Below are positions 36,679 through 43,875 of a DNA stretch of 43,875 nucleotides, one piece after another. This DNA comes from Pseudomonadota bacterium (GTDB lineage Bacteria > Bdellovibrionota_F > JAHFAK01 > JBDREC01). Within the stretch, counting starts at the first letter, position 1. Each line of letters opens with the position of its first letter. The position numbers and the translations under genes were made by a program. The stretch covers positions 79,405 to 123,279 of the forward strand of contig JBDREC010000103.1 of assembly GCA_043820105.1 (NCBI GenBank), written 5' to 3'. The notes under the pieces are model-generated. The model saw only the letters and a program-made list of their open reading frames with translations, was not told where the DNA came from and made no database searches.

Positions 36679-38931
36679 ATGAAAAACATAAGCATAATAA
36701 TAGTATTTTGCCTGTTGATCAGTTTAGGTCTTTATGCTCAAAAAGATAACATCGTTATTCTTAATTTCAACAACAAAGAAAATGTAATTAAGAAATCTGA
36801 TCAAAACTACCTTGAAGATCTATCAAGATCAATAGTCTCAAACCTTCTTCCTAAAAATAAATATAATGTTTATACAAGTGAAAACTTGCTTCAGATGCTT
36901 CAAGCAAATGATATTAAACTTTGTGAAGCTGAAGGTGATTGTGAAGTTGAGACAATGAGGAATATTCAGGCTAAATATGGTGTCACCGGCAATATAATAA
37001 AGTTTTCCGGGCAGATAAAGATTATACTAAAAATATATCATTCTGGCTCTGGGTCTATGATAGGTTCTGAGATAATTGAAGGAAAAAAAGTTTCTGAACT
37101 CGAAGAAAAGATCAAAGATTCTGTGAAAAAACTTATTGGGAAGATTTATGATTATAAGTTTAATAAGCCTATTGTAACAATGTTTGATAAAGAAAATCTT
37201 GGAGAGATTGTTTTGAATATCAATGTTGATGAATCTTATGTATTTTTAAACAATAGCTCATATGGTATTGCTAAACTAAATACACCATTCAACCTTTCAA
37301 TACTACCAGGTGAATATGATCTGAAACTAGCCAAATATGGATACTTAGATCATATTGAAAACATAACAATAGAAAAGAATAAAAAGCTTGAAAGAAGCAT
37401 AAGTCTTAATCCGATTCTACTAGAAACAAAAAAGCTGGGAGAATCACGTATTGCAATCTCTTCAACACCAGAAGAGGGTGCTGATATTTACTTTGAAAAT
37501 AAAAACACGGGTTTTAAAACACCATATACATTTAAAAAAGTTCCAACAGGTAACTATAACATTTACTTGAAAAAGAAATTTTATCATGAACATCAGGTGC
37601 CAATTGAAATAAAAGAAGGCGATGTGAAAGTTATAAAAGGAGAGCTTAATTCTAATCATGGTTTTATATTCATTCAAAGCAAGCCTTCTGAAGCTTCAGT
37701 TTTTCTTGATGAGACAAGTATGGGTGTGACTCCTTTTACATCAAGTCGACTTGTTAGTGGCAAATATAAACTCAGACTTCAAAAACCTCTTTATCATACT
37801 TTGGAAAAGGAAATTATTGTTGAAGATACAAAGCACGTAATTGAGGAGTTTGATTTAAAACCTGCTTTTGGCATAATTAATATAGAGTCCCTCCCAGAGG
37901 GAGCTACAATTTTAATTGATGGTGTGGAAAAAGGAATAACACCTTTTGAGCAGTTGACATTAATATCAGGGTCACATCAAATTATATTAAGAAAAGACCT
38001 GCATCTTGAATACAACAGAGACATTGATATTCAAGATGGTCAAACAAAGAACTTTAAAGGGATTTTAGAACCGAATTATGGTGTCCTGAAGATAGATGCT
38101 GAACCAATAAAAGCCAATTGTTACATAAATGGAGAAATGATTGGAGTAACTCCACTTGAGAATTATAAAGTTTCTCCAGGAACTATTACAGTAAAATTAT
38201 TGCCTGAACAAAGCTATTATAAGGAGTATTCTGAAATCATTGATATTGGAAGAGGTGATTATAAAATAATCAAACCTAAACTAGAAGAGCTAAAAGGTGA
38301 TCTAATTATCAGCTCAACTCCACAGGGTGCAAATATTTATATTGATGGTGAATACAAAGGGCATACACCCCAGAGAGTCTCCAATCTATTAGCTAAAGAA
38401 TATAAAATAGAATTAAAAAAAGAAGGTCACATTAAATGGGAGACAGAAATTGAAGTTGAAGATAAGGACACATTGAATGTTGATGGGGAATTGATAGCTA
38501 TTAATGAGCTTATCTTAATAAGGAATAAACATCTCATCTTTTCTTCCACTAGCGCTGCAGTAGCAGCTTTAGTTGCTACTGGGGCATATTTTTTATATGG
38601 TCATGGAGTTGATCTTAAAACACACGCGGATTCAGTTTTCAATACTTATGAGAATAGCACAGGAAGCCAGGAATCATTAGATACTCTATATAATAGAGCC
38701 GGTGATCTAAATATTGAGTCAGTTGTTTATAAAAGTTTGGGTATTGCTACATATGCTATAGCCGCTGGAAGCTTAGGCTATGCAATCTATGAACTTATTA
38801 CAATGCCATGGGTATTGTCTCCAAAAGTTTCTGATCAAGCTTCGACATTGAAAATTATTCCATTTTATAATCCAGTTTCAAGTTTCATTGGTGTTTCATT
38901 TAAATATCAAAAATTGGAGTTTTATGAATAA
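36679..38931 (+). CDS. PEGA-repeat protein with signal peptide and C-terminal hydrophobic segments
   Basis: Repeated S.P.GA.I.IDG...G.TP. Confidence 0.88.
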   Translation: MKNISIIIVFCLLISLGLYAQKDNIVILNFNNKENVIKKSDQNYLEDLSRSIVSNLLPKNKYNVYTSENLLQMLQANDIKLCEAEGDCEVETMRNIQAKYGVTGNIIKFSGQIKIILKIYHSGSGSMIGSEIIEGKKVSELEEKIKDSVKKLIGKIYDYKFNKPIVTMFDKENLGEIVLNINVDESYVFLNNSSYGIAKLNTPFNLSILPGEYDLKLAKYGYLDHIENITIEKNKKLERSISLNPILLETKKLGESRIAISSTPEEGADIYFENKNTGFKTPYTFKKVPTGNYNIYLKKKFYHEHQVPIEIKEGDVKVIKGELNSNHGFIFIQSKPSEASVFLDETSMGVTPFTSSRLVSGKYKLRLQKPLYHTLEKEIIVEDTKHVIEEFDLKPAFGIINIESLPEGATILIDGVEKGITPFEQLTLISGSHQIILRKDLHLEYNRDIDIQDGQTKNFKGILEPNYGVLKIDAEPIKANCYINGEMIGVTPLENYKVSPGTITVKLLPEQSYYKEYSEIIDIGRGDYKIIKPKLEELKGDLIISSTPQGANIYIDGEYKGHTPQRVSNLLAKEYKIELKKEGHIKWETEIEVEDKDTLNVDGELIAINELILIRNKHLIFSSTSAAVAALVATGAYFLYGHGVDLKTHADSVFNTYENSTGSQESLDTLYNRAGDLNIESVVYKSLGIATYAIAAGSLGYAIYELITMPWVLSPKVSDQASTLKIIPFYNPVSSFIGVSFKYQKLEFYE

Positions 38932-39433
38932 GAAATCTAACTTAATTCTTATTATCATTTTTCTATCTATTTCAATATCTCTACAAGCAAGCTACAAAGT
39001 CACCAAAATCATTGACGGCGACACCATAGAATGTACTGACGGAAATATAAATTTTCGAGTTCGCTTGGCTGGCATAGATGCTCCTGAGAAAAAGACGTTT
39101 TGGGGAAGAAGAGCTAAGATTTATTTAGAAGAGCTTGTAAAAGGCAAGTCTGTTGATATTAGACAATATTTGATTGGGCCCTATAATCGAATTATTGGTG
39201 ATATATTGCTTGAAAATGAAAACATTAATTACAAAATCCTAAATAATGGTTATGCTGAATACTATAGATACGGCTGTGTTGACTATGAGCTGCAGAAAAA
39301 CAAGAAAAAGTATAAATATGATATTAAGCCATATATAAAGCTTGAAAAGGTTGCTAGGGCTAAGAAGTTTAATATTTGGCTGGCTAAAGATTATATTAGT
39401 CCTTGTGAGTATAGGAGAATGAAGAAGAAGTAG
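38924..39433 (+). CDS. Secreted thermonuclease, close paralog of 10454-10984
   Basis: Identical KIIDGDTIECTDGNINFRVRLAGIDAPEKKTFWGRRAK. Confidence 0.9.
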   Translation: MNKKSNLILIIIFLSISISLQASYKVTKIIDGDTIECTDGNINFRVRLAGIDAPEKKTFWGRRAKIYLEELVKGKSVDIRQYLIGPYNRIIGDILLENENINYKILNNGYAEYYRYGCVDYELQKNKKKYKYDIKPYIKLEKVARAKKFNIWLAKDYISPCEYRRMKKK

Positions 39434-39602
39434 TTATTGCTTGATGTTATCTGATAAAAATAAATTGTGATTATCTATGTTTTTTATTGAAAATAGATGG
39501 TAATAGGGTAGGATCAGGCATTAGATTTAAATCCCCCCCCATTTTATGGGCCAAGGATTTGGGTAAAAAGAATAAAAATAATAGATTTAGAGAGATTAAA
39601 TT

Positions 39603-39677
39603 ATGTTTGAACAGACTTTTAAGAGAATTGATGATGTGCTTTGGAAAGATGCTGGTTGCTCAAGTGAGCTTGACTAA
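39603..39677 (+). pseudogene. hsdM: 5' remnant of a type I hsdM, ending next to the RAYT inverted repeat
   Basis: MFEQTFKRIDDVLWKDAGCSSELD* matches a typical HsdM N-terminus. Confidence 0.7.
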
Positions 39678-39789
39678 GCTTAGGTGCCAGGCGACAATAG
39701 AACAAAAAGGAACATGCACTTTCTTCCAATTTCCAAAAAACAGAAAATTCATTTTTTGATAAGTTCTTGAAACATTACAACATAATCTT

Positions 39790-39806
39790 TAGGCATTAAT
39801 TTTGCA
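39790..39806 (+). promoter_or_regulatory. Putative sigma-54 promoter upstream of the RAYT
   Basis: TAGGCATTAATTTTGCA = GG-N10-GC. Confidence 0.5.
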
Positions 39807-39819
39807 TAAACCCCCTATT

Positions 39820-40473
39820 ATGCCCAGAAAAAAAACACCAAAACAAATGCAAAGTGTTCATGTTACACACAGGTGCCATAATAAAAGCTATTTTTTTAAT
39901 CTTAAACAAAATTGGCACGATATTGTTTCTTGGATAAATTGTTTGCCTTTATTTTTTCAAATTGAAATTCATCACCTTGTTTTTCTGTCCAATCATCTTC
40001 ATATGCATCTAACTCCGAAACTTGACAATTTTGGAGAGGCAATGTGCTATACATTTAGCAATCTTGCTAAATATCTGAACTACAAAAACAATAAGATTAA
40101 TCAAATATTTGGCTCAAGATATTCTGCCACACGCATAATACATCAAGAGCATACAGAAAATATTATTAGATATATATACCAGAATCCTATTAAGGCAGGA
40201 ATTGCAAAAAGTCCTTTTGATTATCCCTTTTCTAGCCTAGGTTTTTATTTTGGTTATAAAAACAACGGCTTAGTTTTAAAGCCTGACCAATATACTCAAA
40301 ATTTATTAAATCTTGGAATTGAAGGTTTGTTTAAATTAAAAAGGAAAATAGAAGACCCCATAAAAAAGGAGGATCATCGCTTAATACAAGAATCCTTAAG
40401 GAGAAGTGAATTTAAGTTTACCCTAAAGCAATTAAAAGAAATTCGTGGAAGACAAAGTAGTTTGATTTTATAA
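39820..40473 (+). CDS. REP-associated tyrosine transposase (Y1_Tnp)
   Basis: MPRK, HVTHRC, NHLHM (HUH), YIYQNP.KAG, YPFSS. Confidence 0.88.
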   Translation: MPRKKTPKQMQSVHVTHRCHNKSYFFNLKQNWHDIVSWINCLPLFFQIEIHHLVFLSNHLHMHLTPKLDNFGEAMCYTFSNLAKYLNYKNNKINQIFGSRYSATRIIHQEHTENIIRYIYQNPIKAGIAKSPFDYPFSSLGFYFGYKNNGLVLKPDQYTQNLLNLGIEGLFKLKRKIEDPIKKEDHRLIQESLRRSEFKFTLKQLKEIRGRQSSLIL

Positions 40474-40534
40474 ATTCGCATGTTCCTTTTTGAACGGATG
40501 TCACCTGGCACCTTGTTCTTTCAGTTTCTTTTCC

Positions 40535-40576
40535 ATACTGAATACTGAATACTGTATACTGAATACCGAATACTAA
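40535..40576 (+). repeat. Heptamer tandem repeat, ATACTGA-like x6
   Basis: Read directly. Confidence 0.9.
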
Positions 40577-40624
40577 ATAGGCTAATAGCCCAATTATTAA
40601 CAACTTTTTTCAAAGGAGAACACA

Positions 40625-41119
40625 ATGAAAAAAAAAGGCTTTACACTGGTTGAACTAATGATCGTTGTTGCCATTATCGGCATTTTGGCAGCGATCGCGA
40701 TTCCATCTTTTATGGCTTATATTAAAAAGTCAAAAAAATCAGAGGTTAATGCTTTGATAAATGGAATCTTTGCTGCTGAAGCTGATTATAACATTGATGC
40801 AGCAAAATTTCATGCATGTCCTGTTAAACCAACTGATGACGTTAATGTTTTAGATGGAAATAAACAGGCAGGTTCCCAAGCAGCATTTGCAGGTGACACT
40901 AATGGTTTTAAAATCATTGGCTTTGTTCCTGATCAGGATATTTACTCAGGAGCTTTTGTAGCATGTCCTGATACAACAACATTCTGTGGGGTTAATGTTT
41001 ACCAAGATTTAGACGATGATGGCACAAGGGCAAATTATATTCAAGGGATTAGAAGAGATAAGCTTGGTGGTGCTAATGCTTATAAAGATGGCGCTGTTAA
41101 TACTATTCAAGAAGATTAA
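40625..41119 (+). CDS. pilA: Type IVa major pilin-like protein
   Basis: [35 protein letters not shown]. Confidence 0.85.
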   Translation: MKKKGFTLVELMIVVAIIGILAAIAIPSFMAYIKKSKKSEVNALINGIFAAEADYNIDAAKFHACPVKPTDDVNVLDGNKQAGSQAAFAGDTNGFKIIGFVPDQDIYSGAFVACPDTTTFCGVNVYQDLDDDGTRANYIQGIRRDKLGGANAYKDGAVNTIQED

Positions 41120-41334
41120 TTAACACTAAATGTAGATAGTAAATTTCAATTATCTGCTACCCACAATTCATCTAGCTTCTTTGCTAAAGCTTTCCAGGAA
41201 ATAATATTCAAGTCTGTTCTATCCTGCTAATAATCAGCACCTAAAATGACTGTTTTTTTATCCAGAGAAAAATGTGAAAATATGCCACCCACATTTTATT
41301 ATAAGATATATTCTCTTTTTATTTTGTTCCATCT

Positions 41335-41497
41335 TCATTTTTGCAAAACAATATAATTTTCTAATATAATATTCTGAAAAGATTCTGAAATACTGTGCCA
41401 GTCAAGAACATCAACAATATAGGGTATATTTGATTCTGAAAAGACCTGTTTTATTTCATTTAACTTTGAAAAACTAATTTTAAAAAAACTTAGTCAT
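41335..41497 (-). pseudogene. Internally deleted minimal nucleotidyltransferase remnant
   Basis: RBS GAGGAG and ATG, then an out-of-frame C-terminal half FSESNIPYIVDVLDWHSISESFQNIILENYIVLQK*. Confidence 0.6.
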
Positions 41498-41523
41498 TTT
41501 TTATCTCCTCTCTACTATTTTAA

Positions 41524-42069
41524 TTAACTACAATTATCAGCATGAACAGAGTAATAGCCCTTAATAATAGTATTTCTTTTAAAATAACTTGAAACCGCGA
41601 AGATGATGTTATGCTTATATACCACTTCAATTCTACTCATTGGATGAATCGTGTATGCGCATCCGGTATCAACTTCGGGATAAGGGTTTCCTTCTACTTC
41701 GATCCTAAAAATTATATGATCATGAACAGACGAGTCTGTGGCTTTTACTAATCCTTCAATATAAGGAAAACCATGCCCAGATCTTTTTTTTATTTTCCAT
41801 GTTGAGTTCTCAGAAAATTTCACTTTAAATTCTGCTGGCATATATTTATTTAATTTATTTTCCACTTCTTTAACTAAACTTAATAAGAACTCAGGATCTG
41901 TTACATTACCAATAAATTCATCATCTAAAATCGGTAAGGCTCTGCTTACAGGTTCTACCATAATTTCAATTCCATTATCATCATAAATGATTACTTCATC
42001 CTGAGCATACAATGAACAAAATGAAATTACTAAAATTGCTAGTGTTGTTAATAATATCTTTGTTTTCAT
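41524..42069 (-). CDS. Secreted hypothetical protein
   Basis: Signal peptide MKTKILL...LYA; RBS GGAGG. Confidence 0.7.
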   Translation of the reverse strand: MKTKILLTTLAILVISFCSLYAQDEVIIYDDNGIEIMVEPVSRALPILDDEFIGNVTDPEFLLSLVKEVENKLNKYMPAEFKVKFSENSTWKIKKRSGHGFPYIEGLVKATDSSVHDHIIFRIEVEGNPYPEVDTGCAYTIHPMSRIEVVYKHNIIFAVSSYFKRNTIIKGYYSVHADNCS

Positions 42070-42141
42070 GGTCTTTCCCTCCATTATTTAGCTTCAAATA
42101 TTATTTATGAAGCCTTAAATTATTAATAAATACCCTCAATA

Positions 42142-43168
42142 TCATGAGGTCAAAAAAGAAGAGCTTTCTTCTTTTTGTTTTGAGTTTAGTTTTACATCAA
42201 TATAGGTTTTTATAATATTTTCATCAGCAAGTATAAAAAGCTTATCTTGCTTGTATGCTTCGGCTTTATTGTTTAAGGAATTATATCTTGGTTTTAGTTT
42301 TTCTATTTTTTCCTTAATTTCTTCCATCCTAGCATGAAAATATTTTTCAGATACTGTCCCATCAAGAAAAGCCTTCTGATATTGCAAACTCACTAAAACC
42401 ATCTTTTGAGACTCTTGTAGGATTTCTCTTCTGACTATTTCAGCTTGTGCATATTTTTGTTGATAAATTGAAACTTGGTATCTTTGATTTTCATCTAAAT
42501 TTGCCATTGCAGCTTCAAAATCCCTCATAGTTTTTTCATTTTCAGCGGTATTTATAAGTGGATCTTCATATCGATTTTCTTCACCATTTTCATTTTCTGT
42601 ATGTTGGGAAGGAGGCATTGGACTTTCAGTTGCATTGCCTGCTTTGGAAGTTGCATTATTTTCTTCACCCTCAGGTTTATTAGAATGATCGCTATTGCCT
42701 CTAACTGCCAAGTCATTTTCCACTGATGCGATGGTTTCTTCAGCAATAGATTTTGGACAATTTCTGTTTTTAGTATTTTCGCCAAATATGATTGAATTAA
42801 AATCTTCTAATATTCTATTAGCTCTTTCATATTCATCAATAACAACATTATCACAGTCAGCACCAAGAGCAAAACCTTTGCTTACTCGATCCAAACAATA
42901 ATTATATCTATCCTGCAAAGCACCCTTATTTCTTTCTGCCAAATAAACATGCATTTCACTTTGACAGCCAATAGTGAGCTTTTTAAGCTTTCTTTTTCCA
43001 TCATAAATATTATCAAGGTCAAAATACCTTAAACCAGCTGTTTCTTTGACTTTAATAATATCTTTTTCTTTTGCTTCAGTGATACATTCATTTAAGGAAG
43101 CATAACTTAATGATGAAAAAATAATAGATACAAATAGTACTTTACTTATAAAAGTTGAAAAGTTCATA
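42142..43168 (-). CDS. Secreted hypothetical protein with a C-terminal coiled coil
   Basis: Signal peptide; ATG 43168 follows RBS GGAGG. Confidence 0.7.
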
Positions 43169-43214
43169 TCCCATCCTCCAAATTTAATATTTAACCTAGC
43201 TAGCATATTATCAT

Positions 43215-43231
43215 AGCAAAACTAATGCCAA
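43215..43231 (-). promoter_or_regulatory. Sigma-54 promoter
   Basis: TTGGCATTAGTTTTGCT. Confidence 0.7.
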
Positions 43232-43484
43232 TTCAGATAAGCTCATATTTCATTACAATTACTGTTACTTATGAATCGTGATTTTTTGTAATAAACTAAA
43301 AAGAGACAATAGTGCAAGCCCCCTTGAGGACGTTTCTCTTACCTATAATCCCGGCACATTTCCCCCTGGGCTTGTGACATAATTGTCCCGGGTGATTGTG
43401 CACAAAGTGCATGTTTTAGTTTATGACTCAAAAGCCAATGCCCATAAGTCCTCGAATATATTTAATTATATTTAAGGCAAGTTA

Positions 43485-43500
43485 TTGGCATCTAAAATGC
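43485..43500 (+). promoter_or_regulatory. Sigma-54 promoter
   Basis: TTGGCATCTAAAATGC, GG-N10-GC. Confidence 0.55.
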
Positions 43501-43540
43501 CATATAATCAAAGTATGTTCAATTAACAAGCGGGGTAGAC

Positions 43541-43771
43541 ATGAGGGGATTATTTATTAAAAAGATTTCATCTTTAAAAGTTATTATTTTTACTTTTGTA
43601 ACGGTCCTTTATAATTATTCATGGGCTAATCAAACAAACTACTTATCAGATGAGCAAGTTAAAACCCTGTTATCAACACATAAACTTGAAGTGTTAGATA
43701 ATGTATTCGAATTTGCTGTTTACGATGGGGCAGCATCCGTAGGAACTTTCTGGGATAATATTCAAGTATAA
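43541..43771 (+). CDS. Short secreted protein or truncated gene
   Basis: Signal-peptide-like N-terminus; only 76 aa. Confidence 0.45.
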   Translation: MRGLFIKKISSLKVIIFTFVTVLYNYSWANQTNYLSDEQVKTLLSTHKLEVLDNVFEFAVYDGAASVGTFWDNIQV

Positions 43772-43809
43772 AGGTTCAATTGGTGCAAAAGATATAAAAA
43801 CTAAAACAT

Positions 43810-43857
43810 AAAGCACATATTGAGGAGGATGTACTCATCATCCTCAATATGTGCTTT
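43810..43857. repeat. Long hairpin (21-bp stem with one mismatch, 4-nt loop)
   Basis: AAAGCACATATTGAGGA...TCCTCAATATGTGCTTT. Confidence 0.8.
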
Positions 43858-43875
43858 GCAAAAGTTATGTTCATG

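Larger units (their letters stand above)
39682..40513. mobile_element. RAYT (Y1 HUH transposase) element with 36-bp imperfect inverted repeats
   Basis: 39682-39717 and 40478-40513 are 30/36 identical when inverted (AGGTGCCAGGYGACA...CAAAAAGGAACATGC). Confidence 0.8.

Noticed and set aside
39487-39759. 90-aa ORF
   Set aside because: Shadow frame spanning the hsdM remnant and the RAYT inverted repeat.
40418-40603. 61-aa minus-strand ORF
   Set aside because: Open only because it runs through the heptamer repeat and the inverted repeat.
43376-43387. Further copy of the WYL motif
   Set aside because: Spacing is GAC-N6-GTC and there is no -10 hexamer 12 nt away; it fits a sigma-54 enhancer better.

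Overview
AT-rich bacterial accessory/defence island. Type IVa pilin and sigma-54 promoters would fit a delta-proteobacterium-like host, but this is inference. No integrase, tRNA, rRNA or CRISPR array was seen. Left to right: an acidic beta-propeller lipoprotein; an FHA/LPP20/twin Ser-Thr kinase/thermonuclease operon; a beta-CASP + PD-(D/E)xK cluster; an HTH-WYL-WCX regulator followed by Sel1, JAB-like and J-domain genes; a catalytically degenerate DnaB fragment; a frameshifted HTH-MNT/HEPN pair; a DnaA AAA+-only protein; a restriction-modification module (R-M fusion, HsdS) joined to DndD and a DndE-HerA/DndH-like fusion without DndC; a second propeller lipoprotein/PEGA/thermonuclease block; a RAYT element truncating hsdM; a pilin; and divergent sigma-54 genes. 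The main non-obvious signal is a repeated promoter, GAC-N7-GTC-N12-TAnnnT. It occurs in 7 good copies and 2 weak ones and matches the DriD/PafBC WYL-activator geometry. It precedes the kinase operon, the Sel1-JAB-J operon, a leaderless hydrophobic peptide ORF and both truncated replication-initiation proteins. This suggests a WYL-activated, SOS-independent damage/defence regulon that may include DnaA and DnaB decoys.
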